Positions 1 to 8,287 of a DNA stretch of 39,878 nt are shown here, piece by piece. The stretch comes from a virus (taxonomy: Duplodnaviria; Caudoviricetes). A program made the position numbers and the translations under genes. The notes beneath the pieces are model-generated. The model made no database searches. It saw only the letters and a program-made list of their open reading frames with translations, and was not told where the DNA came from. Every line of letters starts with the position of its first letter. Within the stretch, counting starts at the first letter, position 1. Where the stretch lies: positions 1 to 39,878 of the IMG/VR virus record IMGVR_UViG_3300007778_000013; one strand, 5' to 3'.

Positions 1-62
1 ATTGATCATCGTGCTCGTATATACGACCGAGGATTTATTGGACCACAGTCCGGTGAGACGTT
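1..62 (+). CDS. Single-subunit RNA polymerase RNAP-1, upstream exon (5'-truncated by window)
   Basis: Frame 1 reads IDHRARIYDRGFIGPQSGET, resembling the T7-family DxRGRxY...PQ motif. Joining 62 to 1000 gives ...GETFRPFLN in frame with the downstream polymerase. Confidence 0.88.
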
Positions 63-999
63 AAACATTTAGACGTCTATAAATTCCGTGAATTCAGGGA
101 AACTCCTTAATGGACAATCCTGAGCCAAGCCTTAGTAGGAATACTTTGGAAGGTGCAACGACTAGAGTGTACAATCCAGAACGGATTATGAGACTCATAG
201 GGATCTAGTGATCTCGAAGCGCGGAACGCAATCTTAGATTGTGATGATATAGTCTGATCTGCATAGCAATATGCAGCAGTGTTGTCGGAACACTGGAGAT
301 ACTTATATGGAAGTTAAACCCATACCAAATACACGCTATCTAATCTCTGAAGAGGGTACTGTGTATTCATCGTATAGTAACAAGGCTCTAAAACCCATTT
401 CTGACGGTAGAGGTTATCTTGCCGTAACTTTGTGGATAGACGGTGCTTCAGAGAAGTATAAAATTCACAGACTTGTAGCACAAGTATTTTGTTCTAATCC
501 AGACAATTTGACAGAAGTTAATCACATTGATGGCTGTAAGACTAATAACCGTTACACAAATTTAGAGTGGGTTACTCATTCTCAAAATATGAAACATGCC
601 TTGGAAAATGGCCTTATAAGATTCGGCAGTGAAACTTATATTTCAAAACTGGACGAGACTCTTGTCAAGGAAATAAAAGAGCTAATGCTAAAAGGCCTCA
701 ATAACCAAGAAATAGCTGAGCTATATAGAGTAGCTAGAGGAACTATATCTAAAATAAGGCAAAAGAAAACATGGAAACATGTCTTGCCAAATTTGGATCT
801 ACCTGCTAGTGCTTCTCAATACAAGCCTAAGCTTAGTATAGAACAGAGATTAGAAATAAAGAAACTTAGTAAGGAGGGTCTTACTAATTCTGAACTTGCT
901 AAAAAATTTAAAGTACACAACGGCACAATCTATCAGATTGTGAATAAGTAACTTTCCGACAACACGGCTCAAGATTAACGACCTTGAGTGAACGTAATG
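63..999 (+). mobile_element. Group I self-splicing intron (IA-like) in RNAP-1
   Basis: P1: exon AGACGTT (56-62) pairs with GACGTCT (72-78), with a U62-G72 wobble at the 5' splice site. Core elements AATTCAGGGAAAC, AATCCTGAGCCAAGC, GTGCAACGACTA and GATATAGTCT (P7 GACTA/TAGTC). P9 hairpin CTGCATA-GCAA-TATGCAG. A 12-bp stem (279-290/954-965) encloses the ORF. Terminal G at 999; splicing restores the frame. Confidence 0.93.
307..951 (+). CDS. Intron-encoded HNH homing endonuclease (I-HmuI-like) with C-terminal HTH-like repeats
   Basis: HRLVAQVF...EVNHIDGCKTNNRYTNLEWVTHSQNMKHA; two HTH-like segments (LNNQEIAELYRVARGTISKI, LTNSELAKKFKVHNGTIYQI). GGAGA RBS precedes ATG 307. Confidence 0.92.
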   Translation: MEVKPIPNTRYLISEEGTVYSSYSNKALKPISDGRGYLAVTLWIDGASEKYKIHRLVAQVFCSNPDNLTEVNHIDGCKTNNRYTNLEWVTHSQNMKHALENGLIRFGSETYISKLDETLVKEIKELMLKGLNNQEIAELYRVARGTISKIRQKKTWKHVLPNLDLPASASQYKPKLSIEQRLEIKKLSKEGLTNSELAKKFKVHNGTIYQIVNK

Positions 1000-3007
1000 T
1001 AGACCATTCCTCAATAGTGCAGAAGCCAAACCTTTAGGTATTGCAGGATACCAAAACTTCAACGACCAAATTGGTAGTTTTCTAGGTGGCCTAGATGATG
1101 TATTTGAGGGACGTTTCAACTCACTATCAATTACAGGTCGTCAAAAGATAGCTGAAAAATGGCGTGAAGAGATGGTTACTATTGGTAATCAGATGCTTCG
1201 AGGCAAGCCTAACGACATCCGTAAGATTCTTGAAAATCCGATGGTACAGGCTATAGATGGTGAAGAACAAGGTAAATTCTTCAGATTCGCCATTGAAGTA
1301 GCTAAGATAGACAGGCATCTAGAAGGTAATTACAGTAAGTTAAATCTGTCTAAACTTGATGACTACAAGATGGCAATGGCAATAGAACAGGATGCTTCTT
1401 CTTCTGGAGCCCAGATTATTGCTCTTACTACTCGTAACAAGCAGTTGGCAGAACTTTCTAATGTTGTACCTACCAACCAAAAGAAACGTCTTTACGATGA
1501 AATAGCCCGAGATACCTTCAATGATCCTAGGTTTAAACGTCTTAATGAAAAATTAGGACTTAACGAGAAGGATCTACGTAAAGCAGCTAAAGCTAAGATA
1601 ATGGTGGCGCTATACGGGGCTGGTGCTAGAACTGGTGTAATGAATGTAGAAGGCAAACTTTCTAAAATTCTTGGTAAAGCAGATGACGTACTCGTAGTAA
1701 CAGCTACAGATCGTGAAAAGGTCTTAGCTGACATTTCAGCGCGTATTGCTCGTTTTGATAAAGTCGATCCAGAAATAACCTTAGAGCTTAGAGCATTACG
1801 TCAGAATGTAAAGGATGTCTTTAATAAAGGTGTAAGTCCTAGTCAAGAAATCATGGAACAATTATGGTTTTTAGATCCTAAGACAAGAGAGCTTGTAGAG
1901 AAGATGTCCCATTCTTATGGCAAAGTAATTACTCCTGAAGACTTTAGGCAAATTGCTGTGATAATGACAGAGTACATGGAAGAGCGAACACCTATATTGA
2001 AGTCCTTTACTCGTTTCTTTGGTCGTCTTGCAGAAGACTTCCTAGCTAATGCCAAACCTTCTAAATCTGCATTTGATTGGAAGACTGTAGGTGAATTAGC
2101 ATTTTTTGGCGAGAAGAGAGATCGTGTTAAAGTAGCAGGAAATACAACTCTAGGAAAACTTCTTGGGATAAACTCTACCGAAACTAAAACGATTTCAATT
2201 AAGGCATTTGAACGTCTAGGGTTCGAAAAGAATGGAACACTGTACAAATTACTTTTCGGTGCAGATGCTGCAACAACAAGACGAACTGGTGCTAAATTCT
2301 TTAAGTATGATATTATACCTGAATTGAAAGATACAGGAGGTATTGAAGTATTTACAGCCAACAAGCTACCTAAATCTTGGACAAATGTACCTTTTGTAAA
2401 TTTTGATGGTAAAGTTCTAGAGCAGAACTACTCCCAAATATTTGAAGAAAGGCTACGCTACAAGGATAAGAACGGCAATTGGGTGACTAATATTGTACAA
2501 GTGCCTCAGAAGACAGAAGCCACTTGGTGGGAACAGTTAGTTAATGCTTCAGGCAAAATAGATGATATAGCAGATGCTACTAAGGCTAGAACAGCCTACG
2601 GTGTAAATGCTAACCACTCTAATGATGCTGTAATTGTTAAGCGTTTCCACTTATGGGGTTCTGACAATAAAATACCTACAAGTACAATTCACGATGCATT
2701 CTTTACTAATGCTGCTGATTCATTGAAGGCTAAACAAGCTCTCAGAGAAATTTATGCAGATGTTATGGAAAGAAACGTAATTCAAGAAACACTGACTGAA
2801 ATGCGTAATCGTGGATTACCTAATGATCTCTACAATCAGTATAGAAATGAAGCTATAGATATAGGTCTAATCCCTGTTCCAGGTCGGTCTAAGATAGACG
2901 GAAAGACTCTAACAGACAAAGACATCTTAAAAGCTAAAGATATTTTAGAAGACTTGATTCTAGATGATTTTTCAAATGATAGAAACTGGTATGGTATTGG
3001 TGGTTAG
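1000..3007 (+). CDS. RNAP-1, downstream exon (palm/fingers)
   Basis: Frame open from 1001 (RPFLNSAEAK...). Motif A EQDASSSGAQ, motif B RKAAKAKIMVALYG, AYGVNANHSNDA, motif C TIHDAF. Confidence 0.92.
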
Positions 3008-3034
3008 CACCGTTTCATATGAATCATGGACTTA

Positions 3035-3051
3035 CAAACCCGTTAAATTAA
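3035..3051 (+). promoter_or_regulatory. Candidate phage RNAP promoter, class II (CAAACCCGTTAAATTAA), copy 1
   Basis: Identical 17-mer at 28859-28875; both copies lie ahead of major operons. Confidence 0.65.
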
Positions 3052-3135
3052 AGAGAATAGGTTCACCAGAAGTGAAACACTGGTGTTAACCCCTTAGAAC
3101 AAAGTTTATCGTTGTTTTAAGTTCATTAATTTTCT

Positions 3136-3186
3136 AAGAGCAGGGGAAATATGCCTAATAAAGGCTAGATACGTCCCCTGCTTTTT
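3136..3186 (+). terminator. Terminator/attenuator-like stem-loop in scaffold leader
   Basis: AGCAGGGGA (3139-3147) pairs with TCCCCTGCT (3174-3182), followed by a T run; internal GCCT/AGGC hairpin. Confidence 0.5.
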
Positions 3187-3252
3187 AAACAAAATTTTTA
3201 AGAAGAGTTGTACTCTTTACATTTTATTGAGCTGTGCTCAGAGGTTATATAA

Positions 3253-3930
3253 ATGCCAGAAGATAATATCGATAATACAGTAGAAACAAATGAAGCTGAA
3301 GTAAATGAGTCTGTGGCTCCAAAAGAAGCTCCTAAAGAAAATTCTGTTGTAGATATTCCAGAAAATGTGTTAAATCAAAAAATTGCAGAAGCATTGAAGC
3401 CTATTAAGGAAAAACTTGATAACGCTTATTCTGCAAGAGATGAAGCCCTTAGTAAAGTGGCTGAATTTGAACAGAAAGAAAAAGAAGCCCAATTAGCTCG
3501 TCTTCAGGAAGAAGGCAAGTATAAAGAAGCTTATGAAATGCAGTTAGCCGAAGAGAAGGCACGTAGAGAAGCACTAGAGAAACGCAATGTAGAACTCACA
3601 AGAGACATTGATGTAAATAGTGAACTTGCCAAATATGATTTTCGAACTGCTAAAGCCAAGAATATGGCATTCCAAGAAGTGATCTCAGATCTTGTGCAGA
3701 ATGAGAACGGTGTTTGGGTGCATAAATCTGGTGTTTCTGTTTCTGACTTTGTAAGAACATTTTCTGAGAGTGATGATAATGCCTTTTTGTTTAAGCAGAA
3801 AGCATCTTCAGGTGCAGGTACAATCACACCCACTCCTTCAAATCCTAGTGCCACTACTTCTAACTCTCTTTACAGTATGAGTCAAGATGAAGTGTTACGC
3901 TTAGCTGCTGAAGGTAAACTTCGCAAATAG
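3253..3930 (+). CDS. Capsid scaffolding protein
   Basis: Acidic N-terminus, coiled-coil, FLFKQKASSGAG motif, directly upstream of the capsid gene; GAGG RBS. Confidence 0.8.
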   Translation: MPEDNIDNTVETNEAEVNESVAPKEAPKENSVVDIPENVLNQKIAEALKPIKEKLDNAYSARDEALSKVAEFEQKEKEAQLARLQEEGKYKEAYEMQLAEEKARREALEKRNVELTRDIDVNSELAKYDFRTAKAKNMAFQEVISDLVQNENGVWVHKSGVSVSDFVRTFSESDDNAFLFKQKASSGAGTITPTPSNPSATTSNSLYSMSQDEVLRLAAEGKLRK

Positions 3931-3942
3931 GAATATTAACAA

Positions 3943-5139
3943 ATGGCTGTACAAACTACTTTGGCTGGTGCAGATACTTACGTACTGCAAGAAGCCCTGT
4001 CTGCTTACTCTGATGAAGCATACACTAATGCTAAGAAACTGTCTGGTACTGGTATTGTAGGCGGTAACGCTCAGATCGATACTTCTACTGAAACCTTCAT
4101 TGGTCAGGTTCGTTGGAACAAACCTTTTGATGCTACTATCAACGTTGCGTCTTTGACTAACGCTGCTGATGGCTCTTACAACAGCTACGAAACTGATTAC
4201 CTGCGTTACATCAAGACTGTTCGTACTTACGGTGCGAAGAAAGTCAACATGCAGGAAGTTGTTACTCAGGTTGACGGTCTGGCTAAAATCGGTCGTGACT
4301 TTGGTGAACACCAAGCACAGGACGAACATGATGCTATCCTTTCTGTATTGAAAGGTGTTGCTATGTCTGAAGCTCTGAACGGTGCAGCTGCTGCTTCTGG
4401 TCAGGCAGGTCTTGGCGGTCAGACTTTCGAAAACGATCCTACTGACAAGCGCTACGGTTTCTACGTAGACATGGGTGCTAACGCTATTGTTACTGCGGCT
4501 ACTACTTCTTCACAGGGTGCTGCTCGTGCAGAAAGCTTCCTTCAGGCATTCGGTAAAGCATTCAAAGACTACGAGCCAGAATACGCTTACCTGATCGTGT
4601 CTCCAGAAGTATACGCTTCACTGCGTTCTGCTAACTTGGTTGATCAAGATCGTGTACGTGATGGTTCTATTGAATTCAACACTATCTTCCAAGGCAAGTT
4701 CCGTCTAATCCAGACTCGTGCTACTCAGTCTTTCTCTTCTGCTGAGTTGAATGCTCTGAATGCTGGCGCTGGTGTAGATATCGCTGGTACTAAGACTTCT
4801 TTCATTGTCCGTCCAGGTGCAATTGAAATGGCATCTCTTAATGTTCCAATGCCTACTGAAATTGAGCGTAAAGCTTCTAGTTACCTCGGTGGTGGTGAAA
4901 CTCAGATTTGGCGTCGTTGGGGTTATGTTCTTCATGCTGGCGGTTACGACTGGTCTGGTAATCAAGAAGCATTTCCAACCAATGCTAGCTACACTGGTGT
5001 TGTACGTTCAGCTTCTAACTTTGAAGATGTTGCTACAGCACAGGCTACAGATACTACTCTGGCTAATACTGTTGGTACTTGGACTCGTAAGACTGCTTCT
5101 GCACTGTCTTTGGGTATCCTGCCTGTATTCCACGCCTAA
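3943..5139 (+). CDS. Major capsid protein
   Basis: 398 aa, follows scaffold, strong high-expression codon bias, EIERKAS...GGGETQIWRRWGYVLH motif typical of phage coat proteins. Confidence 0.85.
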   Translation: MAVQTTLAGADTYVLQEALSAYSDEAYTNAKKLSGTGIVGGNAQIDTSTETFIGQVRWNKPFDATINVASLTNAADGSYNSYETDYLRYIKTVRTYGAKKVNMQEVVTQVDGLAKIGRDFGEHQAQDEHDAILSVLKGVAMSEALNGAAAASGQAGLGGQTFENDPTDKRYGFYVDMGANAIVTAATTSSQGAARAESFLQAFGKAFKDYEPEYAYLIVSPEVYASLRSANLVDQDRVRDGSIEFNTIFQGKFRLIQTRATQSFSSAELNALNAGAGVDIAGTKTSFIVRPGAIEMASLNVPMPTEIERKASSYLGGGETQIWRRWGYVLHAGGYDWSGNQEAFPTNASYTGVVRSASNFEDVATAQATDTTLANTVGTWTRKTASALSLGILPVFHA

Positions 5140-5156
5140 TTTAAGGAGGGATTCTT

Positions 5157-5639
5157 ATGGCACTCGTTAAAAACACAAACTCCTATGTTGATGTTGCAGA
5201 AGCTGATGCTTTCTTTGGGACTCGGTTAGATGTGGCTGCATGGTCGGCTGCTGATAACGCCTCAAAAGAAGCAGCACTAGTAACAGCAACAGCTATGTTA
5301 GACGATCTAGCATGGGTAGGAGTGATTGCTGATGAATCCCAAACTCTTGCCTTTCCACGAGTAGGCTCTTACAATGATCCTAAAATGGGTTATGTTGTTT
5401 ATTTGGAAGGCACTGAGATACCTGAACGTATCACAAGAGCAACCTTTGAATTAGGCTATCATCTATTAAATAATGATGGGCTATTGGATGAAACAGGTTC
5501 TGTAGATAATATTACTGTAGGTAATATAATTCTTGAGGGCTTGACTAACACTCCAAATGTTCCTTCTTTTATTAGTAGAATAGTAAAACCGTTGAGAAGC
5601 GGTGGTGGTAGCACCTCTACATGGTGGAGGGCGAATTAA
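5157..5639 (+). CDS. Head-tail adaptor (DnaT-like family)
   Basis: NSYVDVAEADAFF...EAALVTAT...QTLAFPR signature; position after capsid; AGGAGG RBS. Confidence 0.75.
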   Translation: MALVKNTNSYVDVAEADAFFGTRLDVAAWSAADNASKEAALVTATAMLDDLAWVGVIADESQTLAFPRVGSYNDPKMGYVVYLEGTEIPERITRATFELGYHLLNNDGLLDETGSVDNITVGNIILEGLTNTPNVPSFISRIVKPLRSGGGSTSTWWRAN

Positions 5640-5983
5640 TGTCTTACAAAGCGTTAATCGATAGCAAATTAACGCTGGCTTTTAATAAGTTAAAAGATCT
5701 GGCTGAAGATGTAACTTTTACCCGCAATTCAGTAGCTAGTTTTGACTTTGCTACTGGTGATCCTGTAACTACAACCGATCCTGCTGTAAGTGTTAAGGCA
5801 GTTGTTATTAAAGATAACAAAAAGGACTCTACATCTAAACTTCAACTTTTGTTCAAGTCTTCTGATGTTGCTCCTATGTCATCTTTTTCCACAGTAACAA
5901 TTGATGCTACAGTCTATAGAGTTGGCACAGTAATTGCAGAGCGTAACTATATTACACTCTTAGAAGTATTCAAGGAGGCGTAA
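5639..5983 (+). CDS. Putative head closure/stopper protein
   Basis: Start reassigned to ATG 5639 (TAATG overlap); FDFATG motif; synteny. Confidence 0.6.
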   Translation: MSYKALIDSKLTLAFNKLKDLAEDVTFTRNSVASFDFATGDPVTTTDPAVSVKAVVIKDNKKDSTSKLQLLFKSSDVAPMSSFSTVTIDATVYRVGTVIAERNYITLLEVFKEA

Positions 5984-5985
5984 TT

Positions 5986-6390
5986 ATGGGTAAGTACATT
6001 GACTTGCAAAACGACATATTCAGTGTGTTTGCCATGCAAGCTTGGACAGATGAGGGAATTTTAACATACCCTTCCAGCGTTGTACCTGATAATCCAGGTA
6101 CTGAATTTATTCGAATAGATATTATTCCTAGTGGTTCAGGTGTAAATCTGATTTCAACCTCTGGTATTGTTATAGTTGATATATTCACCTTAATCTCTTT
6201 GGGACCAAAGCGTTCTTCAGAGATAGCCGACTTGCTAGATATTCATTTATCAGGCAAAAGCTTCAATACAGGTGCGGGTACTACCCAATTCAAAGGAAGC
6301 AACTTTTCACCTATAAAACAAGATAGAGTAAACACAAGCCTAGGTATGGCTACTTACTCTATCAACTTTAACCACTTTGGAGTACTATAA
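5986..6390 (+). CDS. Putative tail terminator protein
   Basis: 134 aa, GIVIVDIF...EIADLL pattern, immediately before tail tube. Confidence 0.65.
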   Translation: MGKYIDLQNDIFSVFAMQAWTDEGILTYPSSVVPDNPGTEFIRIDIIPSGSGVNLISTSGIVIVDIFTLISLGPKRSSEIADLLDIHLSGKSFNTGAGTTQFKGSNFSPIKQDRVNTSLGMATYSINFNHFGVL

Positions 6391-6959
6391 TGTCTCATAT
6401 TTCATCTATCGGTGCTGGTCTTTACTCTGACCTTTCTGTATCTACAGCTCCTGTTCTTGCAGAAACTGCTCGTAACCAGTCTGCTTTCCAAGCTCTGTTT
6501 GAAACTGCTGATTTTGGAACTTCCACTTTCCGCATTCAGAACGTTCGTGAATTCCCAGCAATGGGTACACCACCTAACGTTGTAAACGTTCCTGTATACG
6601 GTTCTGCGACCTCTCAGCAGATTCAGGGTCAGGCTGATGCTCCTTCTATGGAAATCACTGTTAACTACGTGGCTTCTGATTGGGCAGCTGGTTCAGATCT
6701 TGGCGATTTGGTTGGTGATGGTAATCAGTACACTTTCCGTTTCACTCTTCTGAACTCAGAGCCACCTGCTTACGGTGCTTCTGACGGTGAAATCGGCGGT
6801 ACTATTGCCAGCCCAGTAGAGAACTCTTCTTACTACTGGATCGGCAAGATTGAAGCACTACAGGTTACACCAAACCTGACTGATGCTAACACTGCTACAG
6901 TAACTATCACTGTACAGTCTGACTTCTACGGTGCATACACTTACACTTCTGCTACCTAA
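6390..6959 (+). CDS. Major tail tube protein
   Basis: VREFPAMGTPPNVVNVPVYG...QIQGQADAPSMEITVNY; high-expression codons; followed by a terminator and chaperones. Confidence 0.8.
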   Translation: MSHISSIGAGLYSDLSVSTAPVLAETARNQSAFQALFETADFGTSTFRIQNVREFPAMGTPPNVVNVPVYGSATSQQIQGQADAPSMEITVNYVASDWAAGSDLGDLVGDGNQYTFRFTLLNSEPPAYGASDGEIGGTIASPVENSSYYWIGKIEALQVTPNLTDANTATVTITVQSDFYGAYTYTSAT

Positions 6960-6977
6960 TAGTTGAAGTAATACAAT

Positions 6978-7003
6978 AAGGGGAGGCTTAGGTCTCCCTT
7001 TTT
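6978..7003 (+). terminator. Rho-independent terminator
   Basis: AAGGGGAGGC-TTAG-GTCTCCCTTT plus T run after tail tube. Confidence 0.8.
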
Positions 7004-7021
7004 ATAATGGAACAATAAATA

Positions 7022-7291
7022 ATGTCGGATAAAAAGTTTAAGAAACCGTTTAGCCGTTCATTTGTATTAGGTCTAACGGCAATGCATATTCGAGAGTGTA
7101 TAGATCTCAGCATTCGAAAGACTTTTGAACGTGTATCTGAGTTTCAGGAGGATCCTGAAAAGAATAGAGAGATCTTTCAGACTCTATCAGATCTTCATAG
7201 TATGAGGAAGCAAATTGATGACTTCCAAGCCGCGAATCCCGAAGGGTTCAAAGGATCAAAAATCACGAAGCAATCGGCAGAATGCCAATAA
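7022..7291 (+). CDS. Hypothetical protein
   Basis: 89-aa ORF with GGA RBS between tail tube and chaperone. Confidence 0.6.
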   Translation: MSDKKFKKPFSRSFVLGLTAMHIRECIDLSIRKTFERVSEFQEDPEKNREIFQTLSDLHSMRKQIDDFQAANPEGFKGSKITKQSAECQ

Positions 7292-7304
7292 AGGAAATAA
7301 TAGA

Positions 7305-7613
7305 ATGTCTTTTAAATCACTTATTAATAAGCGCATGACAAAGAAAGTAAAATTCATGGGCGAAGATGTTGAAATCTCAAAACTTACTGTTTCTGAGATT
7401 AAAGAGATTCAAGCACTTGCTAAAGAAAATGAGAGTGCTACCGAAGATGATGGTTCTGAGTTCAAACTAGTTGCTACTATTATTGGCTTTGCAGTGGCAG
7501 ATGCTGCTGACCTCTCAGAAGAAGACTTCAACGGTTTCCCTGTAGATGAGCTGTCTAAACTTTCTAATGAAATTATGAAGTTCTCTGGCTTGGGTGGTGA
7601 CCCAAAGGCTTAA
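7305..7613 (+). CDS. Tail assembly chaperone (gpG-like)
   Basis: Start reassigned to ATG 7305 (AAGGA RBS); VEISKLTVSEIKEIQ pattern; ends just after a slippery site. Confidence 0.75.
   Translation: MSFKSLINKRMTKKVKFMGEDVEISKLTVSEIKEIQALAKENESATEDDGSEFKLVATIIGFAVADAADLSEEDFNGFPVDELSKLSNEIMKFSGLGGDPKA
7601..7607 (+). other. -1 programmed ribosomal frameshift site C CCA AAG
   Basis: X XXY YYZ heptamer in the correct phase, one codon before the stop. The -1 frame is open (PKGLTEEELVIYEIAYHL...) into ORF 7685-7951. Confidence 0.8.
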
Positions 7614-7951
7614 CCGAAGAAGAGCTTGTAATCTATGAGATTGCATACCATCTGAGGCTACCTGTATATAAGCTTGAGGCAGAAATGCCATATGATGAAT
7701 TGCTTGCTTGGGTAGACTACTTCAATCAAAGACCTGTTGGTTGGCGAGAAGACGACCGAACCTATAAACTCTTACAGGCACAAGGCGTCAAAGAAAAGCC
7801 TCATTCTATATTTGCTAGTCTAGCTGCTATGAAGAAATTAGCAGATGAGAAAGTGAAAGACGGAATGATCTCTACTAAAAATCTTCAAGCTTCTGTGTTG
7901 TTTAACAAGATAGCCGGAGCTAAAGATGGGGAGAAAATAAAGTTTGATTGA
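7607..7951 (+). CDS. Tail assembly chaperone frameshift extension (gpGT-like)
   Basis: IAYHLRLPVYKLEAEMPYDELLAWVDYF is a typical gpT pattern; no RBS-linked start of its own. Confidence 0.75.
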   Translation, partial: GLTEEELVIYEIAYHLRLPVYKLEAEMPYDELLAWVDYFNQRPVGWREDDRTYKLLQAQGVKEKPHSIFASLAAMKKLADEKVKDGMISTKNLQASVLFNKIAGAKDGEKIKFD

Positions 7952-8240
7952 AACTACTATTAACTTTGATCTTGATAAAGATCTAAAGAAGGCTGTTAAA
8001 GAAGCTGAAGATGCTATGAGGAAAGAGCTTCTATTAAAACTTAAAGAAGCTACACCTGTTGATACTGGCGAGGCAAGAGATTCTTGGCAAATCTCGGGGA
8101 ACTCTCTTATCAACACAGCAGAGCATATTAGCTATCTAAACAAAGGCTCTTCACAACAAGCGCCTTCGCATTTCATTGAAAAAACTGTCTTAAGCACTCC
8201 TGGAATTAAGGCTAATGGTCTAATTGTTCAGGAAACATAA
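7944..8240 (+). CDS. HK97 gp10-like tail completion/neck protein
   Basis: TPVDTGEARDSW and YLNKGSSQQAPSHFIE motifs. Confidence 0.7.
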   Translation: MIETTINFDLDKDLKKAVKEAEDAMRKELLLKLKEATPVDTGEARDSWQISGNSLINTAEHISYLNKGSSQQAPSHFIEKTVLSTPGIKANGLIVQET

Positions 8241-8243
8241 CAT

Positions 8244-8273
8244 ATCCCCTATACTTATTGTGTAGGGGATTTT
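8244..8273 (+). terminator. Stem-loop/terminator before tape measure gene
   Basis: ATCCCCTATAC-TTATT-GTGTAGGGGAT followed by TTT. Confidence 0.6.
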
Positions 8274-8287
8274 AATAGGAGCAACTA

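Noticed and set aside
271-306. ORF-track start of the HNH gene at 271
   Set aside because: It lies within intron P9 stems; ATG 307 has the RBS.
1172-3007. RNAP-1 as a stand-alone 611-aa gene or pseudogene
   Set aside because: The frame is open back to 1001 and joins the upstream exon after intron removal.
4805-5170. Alternative-frame Leu/Val-rich ORF inside the capsid gene
   Set aside because: Shadow of strong third-position T bias; no RBS.
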